The translations under genes were made by a program, and so were the position numbers. The notes under the pieces are model-generated. The model searched no databases. It was not told the origin of the DNA and saw nothing but the letters and a program-made list of their open reading frames with translations. Source: a virus (lineage: Duplodnaviria; Caudoviricetes). From it: 24,125 bases of DNA. Location of the stretch: positions 1 through 24,125 of IMG/VR virus record IMGVR_UViG_3300048576_000272; one strand, 5' to 3'. Below are positions 1-7,467 of the stretch, one piece after another. Within the stretch, counting starts at the first letter, position 1. The number at the start of each line of letters is the position of its first letter.

Positions 1-2
1 CG

Positions 3-161
3 GACTACGCGACGGCCCGCACCAGGCTCATGAGCGACCCCGTGCTGTGGCTCGACGGCCAGTGGCGCGCCTGGGTCAATGTGTACCCGCGCGGGCCGCT
101 GTTGGTCTGCTGCGATGAGCTGACCCCGGTTGATCTTTTCGGACGGGAGGTAGGGCGATGA
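3..161 (+). CDS. 3' end of a phage hypothetical protein (5'-truncated by the window)
   Basis: Open frame from 3 (DYATARTRLMSDPVLWLDGQWRAWVNVYPRGPLLVCCDELTPVDLFGREVGR*); its TGA at 159-161 overlaps the next ATG (ATGA coupling). Confidence 0.6.
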   Translation, partial: DYATARTRLMSDPVLWLDGQWRAWVNVYPRGPLLVCCDELTPVDLFGREVGR

Positions 162-358
162 TCTGGCGCTTGCTGGTGCTTTGGAGCGTGTACTCGGTCT
201 TCGTCTACGTGGATGCCGCGTTTGGCCGGCCGGCCGCGTGGGCGGCAGTGGACGTGCTGGCCGTAATATCGCTGCCTCTTTCCAAGATCGCCGCGCACCT
301 GGCCGAGTTGGCGGAGGCCCAGCGTAACCGGACAGCTAGCAAGGAGACGGCCAGATGA
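158..358 (+). CDS. Small phage membrane protein (1-2 TM), hypothetical
   Basis: GGGAGG SD upstream, ATGA overlaps on both sides, hydrophobic N-terminal half. Confidence 0.7.
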   Translation: MIWRLLVLWSVYSVFVYVDAAFGRPAAWAAVDVLAVISLPLSKIAAHLAELAEAQRNRTASKETAR

Positions 359-867
359 CCTTCGACACCCGCAAGTCCCTGCTGGCCAAGGTGCACATCG
401 CCAAGGCGCAACTTCAGCTTGATGACGCGGCATACCGCGCCGTGCTGGCGCGCTTCGACGCGGCCAGCGCCGCCGACCTGGACATGGGCGGCCTGGAAAA
501 GCTGCTGCATCACTTCGCCAAGCTGGGCTGGGAGGCCAAGACCGCCCGCAAGCGCAAGGGCGACAAGCACGGTGCGCCGTCCACCCTGGCCCGCAATGGG
601 CGCAAGGGCGCGGCCAAGCCCTACGACCGCTCGGCCCTGCTGACCAAGATCGAGGCCCTGCTGGCGGACAAGGGCCGGGAACAGGGCAAGCACGTGCCCT
701 GGGACTACGCCGCCGCTATCCTCAAGCGCATGTACAAGGTGGACCGGATGGAGTGGGCCACGGCCGAGCAGCTCAAGGGCGTCATGGTGGCCATCATGAA
801 GGGCGGCAGGCGCAAGAAGCGCCCGGCCCCGGTTCTCCCTGTCGAGGTGGAGCATGCCGCGCCCTGA
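355..867 (+). CDS. gemA: Mu GemA/gp16-family protein (DUF1018)
   Basis: N-terminal LAKVHIAKAQLQLDDAAYRAVL..F...SAADL motif and C-terminal KIEALL..W.YA.AI.KRMYKVDRMEW pattern typical of gp16; AAGGAG SD; sits directly before the Mor-like gene. Confidence 0.88.
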   Translation: MTFDTRKSLLAKVHIAKAQLQLDDAAYRAVLARFDAASAADLDMGGLEKLLHHFAKLGWEAKTARKRKGDKHGAPSTLARNGRKGAAKPYDRSALLTKIEALLADKGREQGKHVPWDYAAAILKRMYKVDRMEWATAEQLKGVMVAIMKGGRRKKRPAPVLPVEVEHAAP

Positions 868-1288
868 CATGCCGAAGATCCCCGAGTCGCTGCTGGCGCA
901 GCTGCCGGGCGTGCTGGCAACGGTGGCGCAGGCCGCCGGCCTGCACGCGGCCGTGCAACTGGCCAAGGCGCGCGGCGGTGGCCGGGCCTACATTCCCGCG
1001 CCGCAGGCTATCCACGCACGACACTGGCTTGCCCAGGCTGTGGGGCTGGACGCCGCCCTGGCCATCGCCCAGGCCCTGGGCAGCGGCGAGGTGGAGGTGC
1101 CCCTTGGCCCCTACGCGGGCAACCGGGCGGCCGTGTGGGCGGCCATTGAACGCGGGTTGAAGGACGGTTTGAGCGTGGAGCAGGCCGCGCGGCAGGTGGG
1201 GGTGACGGCAAGGACGGTGCGGAGGCATAAGATCGCCGAGGGCGGCGGGAATGAAGGGTGGTGCAAGCTGCCATTGGCTGAAAGTTGA
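854..1288 (+). CDS. Mor/C-family transcription activator with C-terminal HTH (probable late-gene activator)
   Basis: G..AAVQLAKARGGGRAYIP Mor-like dimerisation segment; C-terminal GLSVEQAARQVGVTARTVRRH helix-turn-helix; position between gemA and lysis genes. Confidence 0.82.
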   Translation: MPRPDMPKIPESLLAQLPGVLATVAQAAGLHAAVQLAKARGGGRAYIPAPQAIHARHWLAQAVGLDAALAIAQALGSGEVEVPLGPYAGNRAAVWAAIERGLKDGLSVEQAARQVGVTARTVRRHKIAEGGGNEGWCKLPLAES

Positions 1289-1313
1289 CAGTCGTCGATG
1301 GAACGCATAACGA
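1285..1313 (+). promoter_or_regulatory. Possible sigma70 promoter for the AT-rich two-gene insert
   Basis: Perfect TTGACA at 1285-1290 overlapping the activator stop codon; -10 at 17-bp spacing (TAACGA) is weak. Confidence 0.3.
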
Positions 1314-1388
1314 AAAACCTGTAACTGGCTCATCTAATGGTATGAGCCCTTTAAGGAGCCCCAACAAATTGCAATGGAGGGAGGCAAC

Positions 1389-2324
1389 ATGACGGCTAAG
1401 CCCAAAAAGAAACCCAAAAGACTTCTGTACTTGCGTGCGTCTTTCAGCAAGCCGGATGACAAAGCCCCCTCGAGAACATTAGAAATTTATCTGCGCAAGG
1501 CATACAAATCATTGCCCAACGTTGAAGATAGGGTTGTTGAATATGCCGGGCAATCTTGGTTTGGAAATTGGTTCGAAACAGAAGAAGATTGCATCTTTTT
1601 TCAGTTCTCCGCGGCAACCCCAGGAGAGAATGCAACGATAGTTCCAACGAGTGGGTTGAAGGTTCCTACTATAGACCTTAAGCCGACTGCGCCCCCCAAA
1701 GACAGTGAATTCTCGGATGGAGACATTATTTGCTGTGTCAAGAATGATGATATTTTCGCATGTTGCTCACATCTACGTGATTCAGCGATTCGCCCTTACC
1801 TTCTGGCGTTATTTTCAGCTGTAGACATAGGGGATAGAACGAGGACGTTACAAATTGATCGTCCTGGTAATTTTGATAAAATCAGAATGATCAAAAGCGC
1901 TGGGGTGAAGAGTATCATACTCAATGCAGCTCTGGATTCCTCTGAATTTCAACGCCTCGACAAAATTAAGCCTAAAGGCTTCTTTCATAACCTTATACGG
2001 GATCTATCAATACGAGACAGGGGCCTAGTCGAAGCCGCCCGTGCGGCGGGGAGTATGTTCAAGGTGGGCATAACCGTCCCCAAAAAGGGACAAGTCGGAC
2101 CGCTAAAGTGGTTTGATGAGGTGGCAGAAGAGACTCTCGACGAGGGTATCCCTTACCGAATCGAAACGCGCGATGGAAAAGTGATTACTCCGGAAGAGAT
2201 CACTATTACTCGGCCAGAGCGTTTTGAAGCCTTTGGAAAGACAGTCTTCAGAAGTGAAGCGATGACAAAGCTTAGGGAGTTTAAAGATGATTTCCTTAAC
2301 CAAATCCCTGTCCGAAGGAAATGA
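1389..2324 (+). CDS. Accessory (moron) soluble protein, about 311 aa, RexA-like by size and layout; putative phage-exclusion sensor
   Basis: Markedly lower GC than flanks; GGAGGGAGG SD before ATG 1389 (ORF track starts at 1374); coupled to a downstream 4-TM gene. Confidence 0.6.
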   Translation: MTAKPKKKPKRLLYLRASFSKPDDKAPSRTLEIYLRKAYKSLPNVEDRVVEYAGQSWFGNWFETEEDCIFFQFSAATPGENATIVPTSGLKVPTIDLKPTAPPKDSEFSDGDIICCVKNDDIFACCSHLRDSAIRPYLLALFSAVDIGDRTRTLQIDRPGNFDKIRMIKSAGVKSIILNAALDSSEFQRLDKIKPKGFFHNLIRDLSIRDRGLVEAARAAGSMFKVGITVPKKGQVGPLKWFDEVAEETLDEGIPYRIETRDGKVITPEEITITRPERFEAFGKTVFRSEAMTKLREFKDDFLNQIPVRRK

Positions 2325-2820
2325 TGAGCGTAACTGGGGGCTAATCGGCTATCTTTTGTTGTGTACTGCGGCAAGCGGAGTTGCAACGTATTTTGTCCCG
2401 GCATATGTCGGGAGGATAAAAGATGTTGTTGCACTTGTGGCAACAATAATGCCAATATTGACTGGATTTACTATGGCCGTCATTGGGATTGTCGGTGGCC
2501 TAGACTCTGTTCTGTCATCATTCTCGTGGCAAAACCTTCAACTATATGAAGAATCATTCAACGCAAAAATTCGGCGGCAGGCCTACCTGTGCGTTCTGCA
2601 ATTGATATCTTTGTGTCTAGCGCTCATTCTCACAGCAATAGGTGACAAGGATATTGCTTATATAACCATTAGCCGCGTTTTTGTATTCTTTGCATGTGTC
2701 TCCTTGCTGACGTCTTTCACTTTCCCACTCTCCTTGCATGCAATTCATAAAGAGCGCTACGAGCTGTTGATGTGTGAACGCGGTGCCCCCTCGATTGAGC
2801 CGCCCTCGACGCCCTCTTGA
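2287..2820 (+). CDS. Accessory 4-TM membrane protein, 177 aa (RexB-like putative effector)
   Basis: AGGGAG SD at 2274-2279; four hydrophobic segments (about aa 17-39, 46-70, 99-118, 123-148); overlaps the upstream gene by 38 nt; low GC. Confidence 0.65.
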   Translation: MISLTKSLSEGNDERNWGLIGYLLLCTAASGVATYFVPAYVGRIKDVVALVATIMPILTGFTMAVIGIVGGLDSVLSSFSWQNLQLYEESFNAKIRRQAYLCVLQLISLCLALILTAIGDKDIAYITISRVFVFFACVSLLTSFTFPLSLHAIHKERYELLMCERGAPSIEPPSTPS

Positions 2821-2869
2821 CTCCCCCCGCCCCCGCGTGCCATTCCCCGCATACTGCCTAATCCCTCTT

Positions 2870-2919
2870 CGCCCCTGACATTTGTCCGCGTTAGAGCGCG
2901 GCCCTTGCCGAAGTAGATT
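2870..2919 (+). promoter_or_regulatory. Late promoter upstream of lysis operon (Plys-like) with activator dyad
   Basis: CCCCTGACATTTGTCCGCGTTA..GCGCG.CCC motif shared with 12661-12692; GACA-TT-TGTC dyad; -10 TAGATT at 2914-2919; no consensus -35. Confidence 0.72.
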
Positions 2920-3019
2920 TGCCTCCGTTGCGGCGTGTTGCCGCTTGTACCCCTCCGCCTCCCTCCCGGTTCCGTGCCTGGCCGGGAGGGAGCACCGGGG
3001 GGAGAACCCCGGAGGCGTC

Positions 3020-3364
3020 ATGAATCGCATCAAGGCGTTCCTTGCCCGGCTGCTCGCTTGGCCCCGCATGGGCTGGAGCGCGGCCGCCACCCTCGGCCTC
3101 GGCTTTGTCGTGTTCCTCATCGCCCCGCAGCAAATCGGCGTGCTGGTCTACAAGCTCGTGTGCATCACCGCCGGGGCCGTGGCCATGTACTACCTGTTCC
3201 GCGAGCTGTTCCCGTACAACCGCCCGTCCACCATGCTGATGACCCCGGACGAATCCGGCTTCCGCGCCATCCGGGCCGGGTGCCAGGTGCGCTACTGGAT
3301 CGCCGTTGCCTTGCAGGGGCTGGCGGCGATTGCCGGCGCCCTGGCCGTGGCCTTGGCGCTGTAG
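3020..3364 (+). CDS. Putative holin (2-3 TM)
   Basis: GGAGG SD then ATG 3020; TM segments; IAPQQIGVLVYKL...LFPYNRP motif as in Mu-like holins; immediately upstream of the endolysin. Confidence 0.82.
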   Translation: MNRIKAFLARLLAWPRMGWSAAATLGLGFVVFLIAPQQIGVLVYKLVCITAGAVAMYYLFRELFPYNRPSTMLMTPDESGFRAIRAGCQVRYWIAVALQGLAAIAGALAVALAL

Positions 3365-3373
3365 GGGGCGGGC

Positions 3374-4096
3374 ATGAAGATCCGCGTGGATTGGATGGCC
3401 GCCCTGGAACTCGTCGTCGGCGGCTTCTGCTGGGCCGTCGGCCTGTTCCTGGCCGCGCTGCTCTTCAGCTTCGTGCACGGCCTCATCTTCCCGAAGGCGG
3501 CCAACGCCGCCGAGCCCATCCCCGCCGCCGCCCTCAAGTACCGCTCGGAGGTCATCCGCGCCGCGCGCGTGGAGGCGGGCCTTAACGCCCCGGTGGCCGT
3601 GTTCGCGGCGCAGCTGGAGCAAGAGTCCGGCTGGAACCCGCAGGCCCGGTCGGTGGTTGGCGCGTCCGGCCTCGGGCAATTCATGCCCGCTACGGCCAAG
3701 GATATGGGGCGCTCCCGCCCGGACCTCGGCCCCGCGATCCCGACCAACCCCGGCTGGGCCATCCGCGCGCTAACCGCCTACGACCTGGCCAACCTGAAGC
3801 GCGTGCGCGCCGCCACCCCGGCGGACGCCTGGGCCATGGCCCTGGCCGCGTACAACGGCGGGCTGGGCTGGGTGTACCGCGACGCCGCGCTTGCCAAGCG
3901 CCAGGGCCTGGACCCTGCCCGCTGGTGGGGCCACGTGGAGACGGTCAACGCCGGGCGCACGGTTGCCGCCAAGCGCGAGAACACCGGCTACCCGCGCGCC
4001 ATCCTGCTCAAGCGGCAGCCCAAGTACCTGGCCTGGGGGCCGGGCGTGTTCGTTGGGCTGGGGCTGGTCTTCATCCACCGGAGGAGGTTGCGCTGA
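3374..4096 (+). CDS. Endolysin, SLT-type lytic transglycosylase with N-terminal TM/SAR segment
   Basis: QLEQESGWNPQARS.VGASGLGQFMPAT catalytic motif, AAYNGGLG, RENTGYPRAIL; hydrophobic N-terminus. Confidence 0.92.
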   Translation: MKIRVDWMAALELVVGGFCWAVGLFLAALLFSFVHGLIFPKAANAAEPIPAAALKYRSEVIRAARVEAGLNAPVAVFAAQLEQESGWNPQARSVVGASGLGQFMPATAKDMGRSRPDLGPAIPTNPGWAIRALTAYDLANLKRVRAATPADAWAMALAAYNGGLGWVYRDAALAKRQGLDPARWWGHVETVNAGRTVAAKRENTGYPRAILLKRQPKYLAWGPGVFVGLGLVFIHRRRLR

Positions 4097-4674
4097 TGTG
4101 GAACATCATCAAGGGCTGGTTTGGCGGGTCGAGCCTGACCGCCTGGCTGCTGGTGCTGGCGCTTGCCGGCACCATCGCCGGGGGCTGGTGGGGCTGGAGC
4201 CACGGCGCGGCCAGCGCCCGGGCGGAGCTGGAGGCCGACTACGCCGCCAAGCTGGCGGAGGGCTACCGCGAGGCCGCCGTGAAGCAGCAAGAGGCTTACA
4301 ACCGGGCCAACGCCCTGTCCATGGACGTGTACAACACCCGGCGCGAGCTCGCATCCGCCCGCGCCGACATCACCCGGAGGATAGCTCATGCGGCCGCTTC
4401 CGTTCCTGCTGATTGCGTGTTTGGCCCTGAGTTTGTGGGCGTGTGGAACGACGCGCTCGGCCTGCCCGCCGCCCCCGGCGTGCCCCAGGGTGGTGATTCC
4501 GGCGGAGCTGGCGGCAACGCCACGGCCGCCGGACCCGCTGACGCCGGGGTACGCGGCCTCGCACCCGTAAGCGCGGCCGACCTGCTGGCGCACATACGCG
4601 ACGTGGGTCAGTGGTGCCGCGAGTCCGCGGCGGTGGGCGCGGCCCGCCTCAAGCTCCTGGAGGAGGCCCCGTGA
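4096..4674 (+). CDS. Rz-like inner-membrane spanin
   Basis: GGAGGAGG SD; ATG overlaps endolysin TGA; N-terminal TM then coiled-coil-like segment; CVFGPEFVGVWN and DLLAHIRDVGQWCR segments. Confidence 0.8.
   Translation: MWNIIKGWFGGSSLTAWLLVLALAGTIAGGWWGWSHGAASARAELEADYAAKLAEGYREAAVKQQEAYNRANALSMDVYNTRRELASARADITRRIAHAAASVPADCVFGPEFVGVWNDALGLPAAPGVPQGGDSGGAGGNATAAGPADAGVRGLAPVSAADLLAHIRDVGQWCRESAAVGAARLKLLEEAP
4388..4570 (+). CDS. Rz1-like outer-membrane lipoprotein spanin embedded in Rz in an alternate frame
   Basis: GGAGG SD at about 4376-4380; signal peptide with lipobox SLWA-C; proline-rich mature part. Confidence 0.78.
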   Translation: MRPLPFLLIACLALSLWACGTTRSACPPPPACPRVVIPAELAATPRPPDPLTPGYAASHP

Positions 4675-5063
4675 CCTTCGCCGAATTCGCATCCACCGCC
4701 AACGCCTGGACCCTGGCCCTGACCATTGTGGTGGGGCTGGTGCAATGCTTGGTGCTGTGGGCGCTGTGGAGCCTGCGCAAGGCCTTCGTGACGCCCAAGG
4801 TATGCCAGGAATGCCGGGCCGCGTGCCGGGCGCAGGTGGACCGCCGTTTCGACAAACAGGAAACGACTGCCGGCTCCCTGCACGACAAGGTGGCCCTGGC
4901 CGCGGGCAAGGACGAGCTGGCCCAGGCCGCCACCGCGGACGAGGCCCTGCGCGGCGACATCAAGGCGCTTGTGGCCACCGTAAACGGCTTGAAGGAACAG
5001 CAGGGAGCCCTGGCCCGCCAGGTGGGGCTGCTCATGCAACATCATTTGGGAGGGGGCCGGTGA
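4671..5063 (+). CDS. Mu gp25-like membrane-anchored coiled-coil protein (DUF2730-like)
   Basis: GGAGGAGG SD, GTG 4671 overlapping the Rz stop; N-terminal TM; C-terminal LRGDIKAL...L heptads; synteny. Confidence 0.7.
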   Translation: MTFAEFASTANAWTLALTIVVGLVQCLVLWALWSLRKAFVTPKVCQECRAACRAQVDRRFDKQETTAGSLHDKVALAAGKDELAQAATADEALRGDIKALVATVNGLKEQQGALARQVGLLMQHHLGGGR

Positions 5064-5383
5064 ACGCCTTTGAACGCCTGTTGAACGAGGACCGCCGCCT
5101 GGTCATTTTGCGGCTGCTGCTGCAAGACCCCGGCTACCGTCTGAACGCCTTCGTGCTGCGCCCGGCCCTGGGCGCCATGGGCCACACCGTGAGCATGGAC
5201 AAGGTGGAGGGCGACCTGGCTTGGCTTGCCGAGCAGGGGCTTGTCACCGTGGGCAAGGCCTCGGACGTGACCGTGGCCACCCTGACCCAGCGCGGGGCGG
5301 ACGTGGGCGCGGGCCGCGCCACCGTGCCCGGCGTGAAGCGACCCGAGCCCGGCGGGGCTGATTCCTGCGGGCCGGAGGCCTAG
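5060..5383 (+). CDS. Mu gp26-like winged-helix protein
   Basis: GTG 5060; EDRRLVILRLL...DLAWLAEQGLV...ATLTQRGADV.AGRATVPGVKRPEP is characteristic of gp26. Confidence 0.85.
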   Translation: MNAFERLLNEDRRLVILRLLLQDPGYRLNAFVLRPALGAMGHTVSMDKVEGDLAWLAEQGLVTVGKASDVTVATLTQRGADVGAGRATVPGVKRPEPGGADSCGPEA

Positions 5384-5386
5384 GCC

Positions 5387-5956
5387 ATGCCGCGCACGTC
5401 CACCGTCCGCCGCCTGCCGCCCGGCCTGCGGGAAAAGATCGGCCAGTTGCTGGACCAGGGCCACACTCTCACCGAGATCAAGGCCGCCCTGGACGGCCTG
5501 GGGGCGGAGGTCTCGCGCTCGGCCCTGGGCCGCTACAAGCAGCAGGTGGACAAGGTGGGCGAAAAGCTGCGCCGCTCGCGCCAGGTGGCGGAGGCGCTTG
5601 TGGCCAAGCTGGGCGACGCGCCGGAATCCAAGTCCCTGCGGCTCAACGTGGAGCTGATGCACGGCGTGCTCACGGACCTGGCCGTGGCCGCCAACGCGGG
5701 CGACGAGGACGGCGAGGCCGAGGGCGGCAAGCCCGTGGTGCTGGAGCCCATGGACGCCATGCTGCTTTCCAAGGCGTTGGACCATCTTTCGCGCGCCAGC
5801 AAGGCCGATGCCGAGCTGGTGGGCAAGATCCGCGAGCAGGCCGAGGCCGCGGCGCGCAGGGCCGCGGCGGAAACCGCCGTCACCGCCGCGCGCAAGGGCG
5901 GCCTCTCCGCCGAATCGGCGGACGCCATCCGCCGCGAGATTTTGGGGATCAAATGA
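5387..5956 (+). CDS. Mu gp27-like putative small terminase subunit (DUF3486)
   Basis: MPR.STV.RLP, VSRSALGRY and GLSAE.ADAIRREILG motifs; precedes terL. Confidence 0.88.
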   Translation: MPRTSTVRRLPPGLREKIGQLLDQGHTLTEIKAALDGLGAEVSRSALGRYKQQVDKVGEKLRRSRQVAEALVAKLGDAPESKSLRLNVELMHGVLTDLAVAANAGDEDGEAEGGKPVVLEPMDAMLLSKALDHLSRASKADAELVGKIREQAEAAARRAAAETAVTAARKGGLSAESADAIRREILGIK

Positions 5957-7452
5957 CCGCGCCCGGAATCGCATCTGCCAGCGCCCCGGCCGTTCTGCTG
6001 CCCTATCAGCAGGCCTGGGCGGCGGACCAAGCGCCCGTGAAGGTGTGCGAAAAGTCGCGCCGCGTGGGCCTCTCCTGGGCGGAGGCCGGGGACTGCGCCC
6101 TGTCCGCGGGCTCCGTTGCCGAGGCCGGCGGCATGGACGCCTGGTACGTGGGCTACAACCAGGACATGGCCAAGGAGTTCATCCGCGACGTGGCGGACTG
6201 GGCGCGCCAGTACAACCTGGTGGCGGGCGAGGTGCAGGAGGAATATCTGAAGGACGAGGACAAGGACATCCTCACCTTCGTGGTGCGCTTCGCCTCCGGC
6301 TTCCGCGTCACGGCGCTTTCCAGCCGCCCCAGCAACCTGCGCGGCAAGCAGGGCATCGTCATCATCGACGAGGCCGCCTTCCACGAGCAGTTGGAAGAGC
6401 TGCTCAAGGCCGCCTTCGCCCTGCTCATTTGGGGCGGCCGCGTGCGCATCATCAGCACCCACAACGGCACGGACAACCCCTTCAACGAGCTGATCCTCGA
6501 CATCCGCGCGGGCAAGAAGCCCTACAGCCTGCACCGCATCGAATTCCGCGAGGCCGTGGCCCAGGGCCTGTACCGGCGCATCTGCCTGGTGCGCGGCACG
6601 GCCTGGACGCCCGGGGCCGAGGAAGCCTGGGTGCGCGAGCTGTACGAGTTCTACGGCGAGGCCGCCAGCGAGGAGCTGGACGTGATTCCGCGCGCGGGCG
6701 GCGGGGCCTGGCTCACGCGGGCGCTCATCGAATCGGCCATGGAAGAAGGCGTGCCGGTGTTCCGCCTGGCCAAGCCCGACGAGTTCACCCTGCTGCCCGC
6801 GCACATCCGCGAGGCGGAGATCCGCGACTGGTGCGAGGAGTTCCTGGCCCCGGCCCTGGCCGCCCTGAACCCCGGGCAGGACCACTTCCTGGGCGAGGAC
6901 TTCGCCCGCAGCGGCGACTTGACGGACCTGTGCCCCCTGGCCCAGGCGCAAAACCTGGGCCTGCGCACGCCCTTTGTGGCGGAGCTGCGCAACATCCCCT
7001 TTGAGCAGCAGCGCCAGGTGCTGTTTTACATCGGCGACCGGCTGCCCCGGTTCCGCGCCGCCGCGCTCGATGCGCGCGGCAACGGCCAGTACCTGGCCGA
7101 GGTGGCCATGCAACGCTACGGCGCGGGCCGCGTGGCCCAGGTGATGCTTTCCACCGAGTGGTACCGGGAGAACATGCCGCCGCTCAAGGCCGCCCTGGAG
7201 GACAAGACCCTTTCGGGCCTGCCGAAGGACGCGGACCTGCTGGCCGACCTGCGCGCCGTGCGCATGGAAAAGGGCGTGGCCAAAGTGCCGGACAACGCCC
7301 GCGTGCGCGGCGCGGACGGCCGCGACCGGCACGGCGACTTCGCCGTGGCGCTCGCCATGGCGCACTTTGCCGCACGCACCATGGAGCCCGCCCCCATTGA
7401 ACACACGCCGCTGAACCAGCCCCGCTTCACCACCAGCCTGCGCGACTACTAG
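5953..7452 (+). CDS. Terminase large subunit (Mu gp28-like)
   Basis: LLPYQ adenine-binding motif, EKSRRVGLSW Walker A, VIIDEAAFH Walker B, ISTHNG, nuclease GEDFARSGD and RHGDFAVA. Confidence 0.95.
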   Translation: MTAPGIASASAPAVLLPYQQAWAADQAPVKVCEKSRRVGLSWAEAGDCALSAGSVAEAGGMDAWYVGYNQDMAKEFIRDVADWARQYNLVAGEVQEEYLKDEDKDILTFVVRFASGFRVTALSSRPSNLRGKQGIVIIDEAAFHEQLEELLKAAFALLIWGGRVRIISTHNGTDNPFNELILDIRAGKKPYSLHRIEFREAVAQGLYRRICLVRGTAWTPGAEEAWVRELYEFYGEAASEELDVIPRAGGGAWLTRALIESAMEEGVPVFRLAKPDEFTLLPAHIREAEIRDWCEEFLAPALAALNPGQDHFLGEDFARSGDLTDLCPLAQAQNLGLRTPFVAELRNIPFEQQRQVLFYIGDRLPRFRAAALDARGNGQYLAEVAMQRYGAGRVAQVMLSTEWYRENMPPLKAALEDKTLSGLPKDADLLADLRAVRMEKGVAKVPDNARVRGADGRDRHGDFAVALAMAHFAARTMEPAPIEHTPLNQPRFTTSLRDY

Positions 7453-7467
7453 CGCAAGGGAGCCCCC

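Noticed and set aside
2882-3019. Upstream TTG start extending the holin
   Set aside because: Lies within the promoter and leader; the good SD precedes ATG 3020
3068-3364. Dual-start holin/antiholin using Met17
   Set aside because: No SD in front of ATG 3068 and the spacing is unlike lambda S105/S107
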